Position numbers and translations under genes: made by a program. Shown one piece after another: positions 52,230 through 64,000 of a stretch of 64,000 nucleotides of DNA. Each line of letters begins with the position of its first letter. Position 1 is the first letter of the stretch. The notes under the pieces are model-generated. The model was not told the origin of the DNA and ran no database searches. It saw nothing but the letters and a program-made list of their open reading frames with translations. Origin of the DNA: Hydrolagus affinis (lineage: Eukaryota); NCBI GenBank assembly GCA_012026655.1, contig JAAILG010000887.1:1-64000 (forward strand), given 5' to 3'.

Positions 52230-55203
52230 ACATACAGTATCTATAAAAGTTTGGAATAGAATCAATGCCGTTAAACATTTTTCCACGAAAACCTGTAAGC
52301 TTTGCTCTGCTTCTCAAGAACAGAAGGTCCATCTGAGCTCACTTTGATCACTGCTTCTTGAGAGGGAGTCACTTAACCCATAGCTTTTGAATGCTGACTC
52401 AACTCCTATAAAACTCAGGGTTAATCTAGGAGCTGAATGACATTCGAAGCATGAAATCTCAGCGATAATGTGGTTCTGTAGTTCTGGGGGGAACTGGTTT
52501 GTGTTCTCCTCGGAGGTGTTAAAAGATTTGACAGTCGAGACATTTCAACAGGGAAATACCTTCAGTGTGTGTTACTTGTCACCGTATCATTTGGAAAGTA
52601 AATCTCTGCCAATATCAAAAAGTCATTGTTCCTGGAGGTGGTAGCTACAGCAGCAGACTTGAAGCTGACAATGTGAAACAATATGAGCAAAGGCAAGGCA
52701 TCAAATGAGCCATGTTCCTCCAATTCCTAATGAGCCAGGCTGGCTGGTCTGTCATCAACAGAGCCTAGGGGATATTGCTGACCTGCCTGGCTCCTCCAGA
52801 ATCCCAAGACGCAGAATGACAGGAGCGATCATATTGCGCGTTCAATTCCACCTCCGGAACCGAAAAAAGGTGGGGGAAGAGAAATTCTAAAGTTAATGAC
52901 CCACAGTCAACGGGTTAAAAAATTCAGCTGACAAGAGAGAATATTTTACAAGCTAATAATTCTACGGATAACGCCAAAGAGAAAAAAAAACTGGTACATT
53001 AGTTACACGGCATAAAACTAGACCCTCATCTCTTTACTCATTCATGTGCTTCCCTTGAGCAATTATGAATGCCATCAAATCTGGATAAATGCACACCTGA
53101 TGCAGATCAGAATTCAAATTCAAGCGGACAGTTTTTTTTTCCAGCGTCGCCCCCATTCTCCCCACGATCTGTCTGTCCTGATACCAAGCCGGACATATTT
53201 TTCGTTGTTGGTCAAATGAGTTAAACCATTTCTGAGTGCTCCTCCGCTCTGCTACATTCAAATTGCTGAAATGTGACGCTCGCTCGACATTCAGACGGAC
53301 TGGCCTTTCGAGCTCACTGTCGCCCAGCAGACGAAGTCATGTTTAAGGAAGAACAAATAAGACAAACAAGAGCAAACGTTTAGTTTGCTGTGTGTTTGTG
53401 TGTGTGTGTGTGTGTTTTTCTTGCAATACATCTTTAGTCAATGACTGCCATTCATCGAATGGCTGAGAGGGAGACAAAGATCTCCCCCCACCCTACCCCC
53501 TACTTTTTAAATGGCTCTTTTTTTTTTACAAGATGCGCAAACTTACAGTTTAATGAATAATTAACACTCAACAGATTTTCAATGTTTTCTGTGTGGCTAG
53601 ATTGGCGATTCTGGAACAGTGAAAGCATAAAACCACAGTAATCGCCTGCTCACAGCAACCCTAGACACAAGGCAGCAGAGAGATCCATCCACTCATAATC
53701 TGTTCACACGTAACGCACGGAGGTTTGTTAAGCAAAGTCCTGCACTGTCTGTGTATTCTCTAGCCCCCCCCACCCCGAAGAAAAGAGAGCCGATGGGACA
53801 AATGTAGAATACGTAGAATACGGTTTGAAGAAAAAAAAGGGTTCTGTGCCACTATTGCTATACTGCACTCTTGGGTTTATCGTGATGACATTGTGAACAT
53901 TTCACAGGGCCCAAAAGTACAGTGAGATGACAGCTTTAAAATATCAGACACCTCACTGGTGCAGTGTTCGTACCGAATGCCCTTTATATATCTCTTTATA
54001 TCTCAAAGCACAATTTTTTTTCTTGTCACCATAGTATAAAGCACGCTTGCGAATATAATAATATAATAATCCTTGCATTTGATGTAGCGCATGTGAATTA
54101 CATACTTGGGCTTGCGACCCAAGGCTGGGAAGTGTGAAAATAATAATTTGAGTAATTCTTTTGCTCCTACTCATCATCTCTTATAGAAAATGTCTGGGGT
54201 ATGTTTCTGTTTGGCTCGGAAACATTCTATTGTCAAAACTCTACCGACACTCGCTGTGCATTGTTTGTTACACGTCAAAATGATCACTTTATCAAGCGCG
54301 TATCAGCCCTTTCATGAAAGCAACAGAGAGAAATGTAGATAGTGGGGTGGGTGGAGGGGGGGTTGGGAAAGAAACCCAAATTATTTAGGCTAAGGGCGTT
54401 TAGCAGTGTGTTATCAAGCATTTCTCTTAATCTTAGACTGCAGTTCCACCAAAAAGACAGGAAAGGGAATATATAGCACCAGCAATAAGGTCAACTAATG
54501 CTACGCAGGGCTCAAAGGGAGAATAAAATGCAACCAGCCTCCAGGTTTTATTTTCTTACCATTTCAGTTTGTCCAGAATTCAGCAAATTCTTAAATGCAA
54601 CGTTAATTTTTATTTTGAAAAAAAACTGGTTTTAAATTCTCTTAAGAACTGCAACAAATTCTGTGGGGGCGGGGGGAGAAATTAACACTAAATTCAACAA
54701 TTTGCCCAAATTCTGGATACATTAAAATGCGACGTAAATGGAGTAAAATCTCGATCGGCTGGATATTTTCCCTCCCCCACCTCGAAGCCTCTCCTCTGTT
54801 TCCCCACAATATATCTTAGCAGCACACATCTGAAATCAATGTTCCAATGAGAAACTAGGCTATAAAACTCGCCTGGTATACATATGATTTAATAGCAGCT
54901 GCTGACACAAAAAAACGTACTCGGCAGCCTATTCGCATGCAAGGCACTTCACTGCACAGTATGGACTCACTGAAACTAAGCCAGGAGAGTTGACAAAACA
55001 ACGTACAAACAGAACAATTGATGTGTCTGATATCTACTCAGGAACTCCATGGAGTCAAGCACCAATACACTCACTTGTCCGTCATTCCTACACCTTTGTC
55101 TACACCTTTGTCTACAAAATACAGTCACTACACATTACAGTCAATCCAGTAAAGCATTTTGAGACACCCTCCCGATGTGAAAGCTGCTCTATCAAATACA
55201 ATA

Positions 55204-55515
55204 ATATAATAATCCTTGCATTTGACAAAGCGCTTTTCACGTCTTCTAGACGTCTCAAAGCGCTTCACGGAATGCACTGTAAAGTGAACTGACTGTATAT
55301 TTTGTGGGCGAAACGCAGCAGCCAATTGCGCACTGCAGTGTCCCACAAACAGTCGTGGATTGAGTGACCAAATTATTCTTGTTTTTTTTTTCTTGAGGGA
55401 TTATTATCAGGCTTGTGAAGTAAGGAAACTTGCCCAAGGTTTTGCCCTGCAGGGAATGAAACCCAGGACTCTCGCTTGCAAGCTGAGCATTCTAATCTCT
55501 GCGCGACAGGTCTCC
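55204..55515 (-). mobile_element. tRNA-derived SINE, full length, intronic
   Basis: Reverse complement of the family sequence; an older plus-strand tail fragment lies at ~55110-55205. Confidence 0.88.
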
Positions 55516-58500
55516 AAAATACTGCACAAGGATAATTAGGATTTCTACGTGTGGGGTAGGAAGGTACGTTTACCACTGTCATTCCAACAAACTCAAATCA
55601 CACACTGCATTCCTGACAAGTCAAGTGAAAGGGGTATTTTAAAAAAAACTAAAATCATTTCATTGTTTTATTTATTCCACGGTTCAACACCAATCTCTAT
55701 TGGGTTGTGTTAAAACGCACTCACAATGCAAAACGCAGTAAACATTTCAGTGTTGCAAGCTATCAATTTCAATTTCAGTGCAGGGAGAATTATCACCTTA
55801 GAAAAATAATTGGAAATTAATGATAGATGTAGATTAAGCAAACAGCGTGGCTCTGCATGAAGCAGATTGATGAATCTGTAGTTCAATCTCATTGATTGCT
55901 CAGCAAGTGTAACTGTAGGGGGAAAAAAATCAGTTTTATTTTCGCATTCAACCAAGGAAGTCATGCACGAATTCCATACTTTTTGGCGTCGACTGCCGAA
56001 GACCGTTTAGGGCATTCGCCAAGTTCTACTTCAATCCCCGCCACCCCACCTCCCTCCCACCTCCTCCACAGATATTCTTTTCAAGCGAGTTTAGCAACTT
56101 AGCAGAGAGGAGGAAGTAGTGAGTAGGCTGGGGCTGTAACGCCCAGAGCCATTCCATTGGCTACAATAGCCATACTGCTCATGTTTTATCACAGTGCATC
56201 AGTGAATAACTTTTAGATCTTGCTGCCCATTTAGCTGAGGTGTCTAAAACCGATTGGAAAAGAAACACATCCCATTTCTCTCGATTTACAAGCTAACGTA
56301 AGAATAATAACGATGATAGTAATAATCTAGGCCCTAGGCAAGCGAGATCACGTGAAATCAAAGAGAATTTAACTTCAGGATTATTGCACGTTTTATCCTT
56401 AAGTCTTTTCGCGTCGGGACATTTTCCTACAATAAGGCCTCTGGAAGCCAGCGTCAAACTGTCAGTGCTTTGCAGCACCTAACAATCTAAAGTGGAGATC
56501 ATTTCACTGACTCTGGGGGGAACTTTGGAGGTTGACTGACATCCAAGTGTGGATGACACCGAAGAAAGAGGCTGCAATGTCTTTTCTCGCTTGCGACTGA
56601 CAACTGCGGCTATTCTGAACCACTTTTTGTCAGGAAAAAAAAAGCATCATCTGTCTCATCCTATTGACCATCGCCTAAGTTGCTCTTGGAACTATCTCTA
56701 CCAGAAAGGATATCGAAAGATTCAAATTGCACTCTCTCGCCATTCAGAAATCATCCCATCCCTGCTTAATCCTGTCACATTTCTGCACTCTGTCACATTT
56801 GACCAAGCATGTGAGCTGACCTGGAATTGTAAGCATGAGGCAGACAAGCTGTCAAATAGATAATGACCCACCGAGCTAAAAAAAGATGCCACTCTGCTCA
56901 TTGTGTAAGAGTGAAGGATTAATGTGGACTGTAAAAGAGAAAGGAGGTTCTATTTTAAGTATCTACAGACCCTATCACGGAAAGGCCTCATTGCGGATCT
57001 TTGCTCTGCTCCACAGAATTTCTTTTCAATGATTAGAATCTCACTCAAGTATCGAAACAATTGTTAAAGCTTTTTTTTGCTCTCTCTCTCTCTCTGTATA
57101 TATACCGTATAAAAGAAAAAAATCTTTCTGCACGGATGTGAGTTTTGCAATTTTCTGCCATTTTCTTTTTGCCAATGAAATTTCATAATGCCGTTTCATT
57201 TGTCAATGTCTCCGTACATGTCAATAAAATGAATTTGATACCCTGGTGTTGAAGCCTTTGGTACATTCAGGTGAAATTACAGCAGAGCTCCTTAGAGTTG
57301 TACTGGATTATGATTATTGGACGTAAATCATCCAGGTTTCTGGCAAACATTAAACTGGTTCTAAAAGAAAAAGTAATTTTAGTGGAAAGTGGGTGTACTC
57401 TAATCCTATTTTATTTTATTTTGTTTCGCTCGCTCCAGTGGCACCAAAGTGTCACCTGAGGGAACTTGGGATTTAAATTCCGTCTAGATACATCCCAACC
57501 ATAAATCGGGCCTTTCATTTCAGGAGGACGTCCCAAAGAGCTTCATGGAACATACTTTGTAAACTACAGTGGCTGTGCGTTTTGTAGACAAGCTAAATAA
57601 TATGAAATAATACCTAGAACTAACGTAAGACTTGATTTTCACCTTAAAAAGGATTCTGTATTGATTTGGAAGTCGGTGCTTTCAAAGGTTTAACTTAACA
57701 AGTTTGAAGTGCAGCAATGAGATCGGAAGGCCTGCAGAAGGGCTGTAAATGGCCTGAGAAAAGTGTGTGTTTGATACCCCCAAAAGGTCTGTTCTTACTG
57801 TTGGTTGAGAACAGATGATTCACAATCCCGTTTGACATTTCACAAGTGTCTGTTTTTCGTACGCAGACAGGCTTGACTGAACTGTTGAGTTCACTGGCAT
57901 TTCTTAAGTAGAAAGGCACCCAGACAATGAAAGACGGGACTTGGAGTGACAGCGATAAGAAAGATCAAGCTTCCAAGTCATCGCTTCTCTGGTGAGAGTA
58001 ATATGGTTGAAAGGGAGAAATATTGAACTTCCAAATTCCTAGAAATGTTAAATATCCCCTCACTTGTGGACTACTCTGCGCTTTCATCCAGACCTCTGTC
58101 AGCTCAGTAATGGCAGAGGTCATGTAAAGTCAATTATTGGAAGCCCGATAGTACAGTAATATCTGTGCATTTGATATTGCACCTTATCACATCACCGAGA
58201 TGTCACAATCGAGCTTGACACGATTTTACTGGGTAGTGTAGTGACTGTGCATTTGTAGACATGATGAAGCTTTGGCCATCATTTGGAGATGAAATCACAA
58301 GACTCCATCAAGGAAATTCGCTCAATAGGAATGTATTTCTTTCAGCATATCTATTGATATGCATATAATCATATTAGTTTGCTATTGAAAAGGAAATATA
58401 TTATACACGAATAAAAGGGGCAGGCATGAAATGAGCCGATTAGAAACATGTACAGTGTACTGGGACATATTCTTGATGTATAATGTACTTTGTTCTTGTT

Positions 58501-58859
58501 ATATTTGCAGGTTTTGAAGTTCATCAACTAACCCATTAAACACAATGATTCTCTGACACAATACGTTTTTCATCAGATTAGCCAAACAGAAATATATCTC
58601 GCTTACACAAATCCTGTATTAATAATTTGCGAGCTGGCAAGTGGCCAGAGAAAGGATCCTTGTTGAAATCAATGATGGATTGAAAGACCTGGAATTAGGT
58701 TGAGAAAACACCACACTGAGCTTAACCCAGCCTTCATTATCTCTGTTTACAAGGGCAAATTTAAAGCACTTTGACACAAATCCATATTTAGATCTAATCA
58801 TGCCTTTACAAACAATCCTTTTAATTACAAGATCACAACGTTGTTTCAGACGAAAAGGG

Positions 58860-59090
58860 CTCTCTCCGGCTCATTTCATCTCATGCTTCCAGAATAGCCT
58901 GCCTTACTGTCTTCCCAGCACAACATCAAGCCGCTCTTTAAATGAGTCCAGTGTCGCAGTCACAACCTCTCTTTCTGGTAGCTTGCTCCAGTCATTCAAT
59001 TATCCTCCTCACAAAGAAAAACTCCCCGGTATCTCTTTTGAAATTGCCCTTTGCAAATCTAAACTTGTATCCTTTGTTTTATTATCTGGG
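58860..59090 (-). mobile_element. Ancient CR1 3' fragment
   Basis: Minus strand resembles the CR1 'FF..R....W..LP..VV....L..FK..LD' region. Confidence 0.55.
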
Positions 59091-59124
59091 TGCGTCCAAA
59101 GGCAAGACTGAAGGTCCCTAACTT

Positions 59125-59326
59125 AATAATAATAATAGCAATAACCCTTGTATTTGATATAGTGCCTTATCACGTCTTCGAGACGTCTTATAGTGCTTCA
59201 CAGGATATACTGTAAAGTGTCGTCACTGTGTATTTTGTGGGCGAAACGCAGCAACCACAGCAGTGTCGAACAAACAGTCGTGGATTGAGTGACCGAACTA
59301 TTATTATTATTTTGAAAGGATTATTA
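59125..59326 (-). mobile_element. SINE 3' half, intronic
   Basis: Tail and body. Confidence 0.75.
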
Positions 59327-59448
59327 AAAACTTGTCTGTTGCTAACAATTCATTTTTCTAACACTAGGGATCTTTCCTCTGACCTCCACAGCTTGGGTAC
59401 TTGCCTCATGTCATTGTAACCTATGCAATACCTTAGGTATAGCCTGGG

Positions 59449-60035
59449 CAACAACAACAACAACAAAATTACACTTGTGTAGAGCCTTACACATCTAGAG
59501 GTTGGGGGCAGAGTGGCTGAAGGCTCGCCTGCCAATGATGGAGTGGTTGGGTTGGGGGACTTGGAGCAGGCCAGGGGGCTTTGAAGGTGAGGACTAAGAT
59601 CTTGAATTGAATCATTGAATCCTCTGGTTGATGGGGAGCCAATGGAGTCGGGCGAGAATGGGGGAAATGGGATCATAGAGCTTGGAGCGGTAGAGGACAC
59701 GGGCCATAGAGTTCTGGATTATCTGCAGCCTATGGAGGGAGGAGTTGGGAAGGCCAATAAGCAGGGCGAGGCTGGATGTGATGAAGGCTTGAATGAGGGT
59801 TTCAGAGGCCTGAGGGATGAGGTAGTGGTGCAGTCGGGCAATATTGCGGAGGTGAGGCAAGGCAGAGCGAGTCATTGCTCGACTGTGGGGGAGGAAAGAC
59901 GCTTGAGGATCAAACAAGATACCTGGGTTCCCGACTGGCTTGGTGAGGTGGAGTGTGCAACCATGGAGGTTGACGCTACCAGTGCCTGATGAGCGAAGGA
60001 GGGCCTCGGTCTTGTGGACATTCAGCTGGGCAGAA
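59449..60035 (-). mobile_element. L2 LINE ORF2 C-terminal remnant
   Basis: LNVHKTEALL...HLRNIARL...LIQAFITS...LQIIQNSMARVL...ISPILARLHWLPINQRIQ is the classic L2 post-RT region; (CAA)n tail. Confidence 0.92.
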
Positions 60036-60580
60036 CACTTTATAGCCTGACGTTTAGGAATTTGAACATATTTGAATATGTTTTGGGTAGAATTCGCGCA
60101 TTGAGATGGATGCTGTCCAAGTATCGCTATACCAATCCACTGTTGACTTGAGAATGGAGCTGCTTCTGAAGTTAAAGCAGTTTTTGTGTGTGTTTGGTTC
60201 TGTATACTCACACTGGACCTCTGATAATCTCAACAAATATAATTTTGACTTGACCACACCACCCACCCATAACTCTGACTTGTTCCCATAGATTTCTGGC
60301 GCAATGCGTAACATTGTTGTTCCCTGTCAGTAAAGACCTTTTTCCTTACGTGTGGCAAACCTGACAGATAAACCAGGGAGCGCTTATTTGTTTGTGGTCC
60401 TCCAGTTTGGCTAATCCACCTACTTCAGTCAACTCCCTCAATTAAATCCACCTCTGCACCTCTTCTCCCAGTCGAGCTGGTTTGTTATTTTCACGTCGAG
60501 CTAAAAGATTTCAGCAGAGTTTAACCCAGCCTCGATGATCATTTTCTATCAAGTGTTTCACGAACAATCGTTGGTGTACT

Positions 60581-60778
60581 TAATAATAATAATGACCATC
60601 CTTGCATTTAATATAGCGCTTTTCACGTCTTGTAGATGTCTCAAAGCGCTTCACGGAATACACTGTAAAGTGAATCGATATATTTATCGGCCAAATGCGG
60701 CAGCCAATTGCGCTCAGAAGTGTTCCACAAATAGTCGTGCATTGGAATGACCAATTTGTTTTTTGAGGGATTGTTATG
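60581..60778 (-). mobile_element. SINE 3' half, intronic
   Basis: Tail and body. Confidence 0.85.
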
Positions 60779-61990
60779 ACTTTTGAAAGGATTAGCTTTA
60801 AAACTACTGTCACCAACCTAATCTGGTTTTTGCTAAGCTAATTTCTGAAGTCATTTTGCTTTGGCGACACAAAGTACTGTACCTGAAAGTTTTTTTTTTT
60901 CGTCTCATTTTTTTCTTTAAAAAAAGTAATAAAAGTTTGGATTGTCTGGAAGTGCATTTTCCTAGTGGAAAATGTGTGGACGCAACAATGCAGAGGAATG
61001 TACGCACCCATAGAGAACATAGAAATAGTGGATGCTAAAAGGGATCTGCTATTATATTGGCAATTCTTCTTCTAATTGGGTAACAACCGCACTAATTTGA
61101 TATAAAACCGAAACACTGACTGAAAACACGCGACTTACTGCTAAATAAACAAAGGACATGTGGTGCAAATACGGTAGAGTCAGATCGGATCGAGGTTGGG
61201 CAGGATGATGAATCCTTTCCATCTTTCCTGTCAAAGCTACACATTATGCCATTAAACTTTCACTGTAATGAAATTTTAATACCAGCGCTCTTTGTAGTTT
61301 ATATGTGGTGACCTTTGCTGTGGCTTACGGTATGTGCCAAAAAGCTTCGTTGAAGAACTGCTTCAAGTCCACCGTGTATTAAGTCCAGCTAAAGATAACA
61401 ACATGAAAAAAATACTCTAGATTTTGGTACACGAGGTTTCAGAATTCAGGTTGTATTTCTTTTCAAGAAAGCCCATGTCTGATTGCTGCTGTTTGAAGAG
61501 ATACCCTTGTGAAGATGAACTCATTTCTAACTGTCCATCTCGATAGTGTTTTTTTTTTCTGTTCACAAGTTAAAGAACCTCAACTCAAGGACGAAGCTGA
61601 AATAGCCAAAAAGATGTTCTTGAATCAAAGGAAATGGGAGGAAGGAAAGCTCAGTGTGTATCCTGAAGGACAACTGCTGGCACTTTGACAATGACAGCTC
61701 AGAAACTACTTGTTAAATGAAAAATAGTGCTGATGTGCAGAAGCTATTTCAAACCAACTGTACCTTCTCAGCCTTTAAAAGTCAAATCTCAGCAACATTA
61801 AAGAGAGAACTAAGTAACACCTGGCTTATGCATTAGCGTGCTTTGTGAATGAAACTGTATATTTTTCAAGGACTCGAAATCTAGGTACTGATGTGAACTA
61901 AAAAAGGGCTTTGCATGTGAATTACTGTAGGATACCACAAAAGATATAAATATCACTGTGGATACATCAAAAAGTATCAACAATTATTAC

Positions 61991-62043
61991 CTGAAGAGGT
62001 GTTACAAGAAATTTCATCTGCTGCAACGAAGACGAACTGATTT
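61991..62043 (-). CDS. rbfox1: RBFOX1 alternative cassette exon A53 (53 nt, frame-shifting; 'exon 19')
   Basis: Minus strand reads ttcttttgcag|AAATCAGTTCGTCTTCGTTGCAGCAGATGAAATTTCTTGTAACACCTCTTCAG|gtaat: exactly 53 nt with canonical AG/GT. It translates (R)NQFVFVAADEISCNTSS, matching the mammalian RBFOX1 A53 peptide RNQFVFVAADEISCNTSA as recalled. Confidence 0.95.
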
Positions 62044-64000
62044 CTGCAAAAGAAGATAAAATTGACAATACTGCTTGCTGACAGAGCACGTTTGATTGGA
62101 AAATGTGCTATCTGCCCATTGATCTGAGATTTAAAGATGGGAAAGGAGAGTGGGGAGTGGGTGGGGTGGGGTGGGGGGGGGGAGGTAATATTTTATTTAA
62201 ATGGATGAGAAAAAAGCTTTATAGAGAAACTGGGGAATTATGTTGTTCATAGTTGCTGCTATTTAGTTTGGTGAATGAATACAATGTTTAAAAATATATA
62301 TTTAAATCAACGGTTCCAAAAATCTGTGCATGATCATGTGAAATTAAAGCTACCAAAATATTGGCTTAATCCTAGTTAGTCCTACTTTAAAACGATTTGG
62401 GGTTTTCCACAATAAATATATTTATATTTCTCTTGTTAGCTCTCGTTAGGGCTATTACAGAATTTTAGAGCATTGTATTCTAAATATATTCCACTATAAA
62501 GCTGTCAAAATGGTTTCCAGTAGCAGTAGCTTGCATTTAAGTCAGTTTCTCTTGAATTTCCAGGTAATGGGAACAGGTTTTTTTTAGAGAGACTGGTACA
62601 TTTTTATAGATCATCTTTCAAATACACAAGCTGATGCACATGTCAACATGTTGATTTGTATAGGTCTGATGTTTGTTCCCACTTCCCCCCCCACCCCCCA
62701 CCCACAAATTGGTATGACAAATGCCCTCTAATGCACTCACAATCAATGCAAGCATCTTGGAATTTGCATTGAAAGATTCCAATTTCAGAGGAATGCATCA
62801 ATTTTCATTGAAAACAGCAACGTGTTTGAGAAATCCTCACCTAGTTTTACAATGTAAATAGGACTGTGTTTGTTAATTAGCTTGGTGAATGGCAGGCTGA
62901 GTAATTAGACTGCAACACATTTTTTTGGGACACCACTCACGTATCTGTTTTTTTTCTTCACCTTCTATGTTCCACGGGAAACATTTAAAAAAGATCAGAT
63001 GGAGTTTTCACATCAAAACTAGTTCTTTCCTGCAATAAAATTCCCTTGCAATATTTGGAAAGAGTTGACTCATATTAAACTACTGTAATCACCTCTAAGT
63101 TACGGGAGTTTTAGAAATGGAATGGAAAATTGAACAAGGAATTAAAACAAATCTGCCTGTAATATTTATGAATTGACAGAATTAAAGCACTTTGCTTCTA
63201 ACTATTTATTTGGTTGATTAAAATGCATGCAAGTATAATTTACGGTTCTTAGAGACTAATATTTCCTGATATCGAAAAGAGTAGAATTTTTAAAATGTTT
63301 CTTTATGATATTAAACTCTATCCTAAGTTCATTTTATATCATAACTTTTCTCAGGTAATAAATTGTTTTTTTTATTATTTATTCAAGCTGAGTAAATGGA
63401 CAAATGCATACAGAAGAAAAAAGTTATGTAAAGCAAACTCTAGGTTGAAAACTTGCATTACAACATTCCCCTATCTCTTTGTCAAGAACCAAAAAGAAGC
63501 ACTTATTGCAAACAGTTATGGATAATAATTAGCTTCAGTCTACACAAAATCATACCAACAGCGTCTAAAAGCATACTGGTGTAGCGCATGCAAACTAGAG
63601 TTCATGGTACTGCATTCAATGTACAAAGTGCATGTGCATGGATTTCGAAATGCAAACAGTAGTAACCAAATTTATTCAATGGCATATATTTCAATCCAGT
63701 AATTCAATGGTTTTCACGAAAGAAACCCTAGGTTGCAAGCTATGATACACAAGCCAGTACACTGTACACAACAAAATGCACCAATCAAATCAAAATTACC
63801 ACCAGGCAGCCAAACAAGGCAAACATCCTTGCCCTGGGGCTTTGCTCAAGAAGCCACACAGTGAACTTTGTGTGATGGATCTGTCAGAAGTGATATAGCT
63901 TTGCAGATAAACTGATTCCATCAAGTGAATATGCACCAACAAAATGACAATCCATCCCTCTTGCCTAAGACCGATAAGGTACCAAAGGGCTTCAGAGTAC

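Noticed and set aside
59612-60211. 199-aa ORF as a host gene
   Set aside because: It is a decayed L2 ORF2 fragment.
62044-64000. Preceding rbfox1 exon (GGYAAYRYAQP...AYSD)
   Set aside because: Not found on the minus strand; it must lie beyond the window end.

Overview
Vertebrate genomic DNA, most likely from a cartilaginous fish (chimaera/elephant-shark-like; inferred from the repeat content, not proven). The only recognisable gene is the 3' end of rbfox1 (A2BP1/Fox-1) on the minus strand. It comprises the 53-nt alternative exon A53 (61991-62043), a 76-nt penultimate exon (48295-48370), a last coding exon with two in-frame acceptors (47825-47947, ending ...[10 protein letters not shown]) and a ~2-kb 3'UTR with AATAAA clusters near 46350 and 45850. 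These exons are too short to appear in the ORF track; apart from LINE remnants, the listed ORFs look spurious. Positions 1-45800 are gene-free downstream DNA. They are dense with a tRNA-derived SINE sharing an L2-type 3' stem-loop tail, older Deu-domain SINEs, and L2 and CR1 LINE fragments, interspersed with TE-free, homeobox-motif-rich blocks that look like conserved non-coding enhancers. Notable observations: (1) a palindromic Penelope-type element carrying a minimal hammerhead ribozyme and flanked by a perfect 14-bp target-site duplication, with two related copies; (2) a dual-frame, four-way C-terminal splicing switch in rbfox1; (3) a strong sense-orientation bias of retroposons inside the rbfox1 intron; (4) long imperfect DNA hairpins. 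There is a 100-N assembly gap at 5642-5741. Repeat boundaries are approximate; exon boundaries were read to the base.
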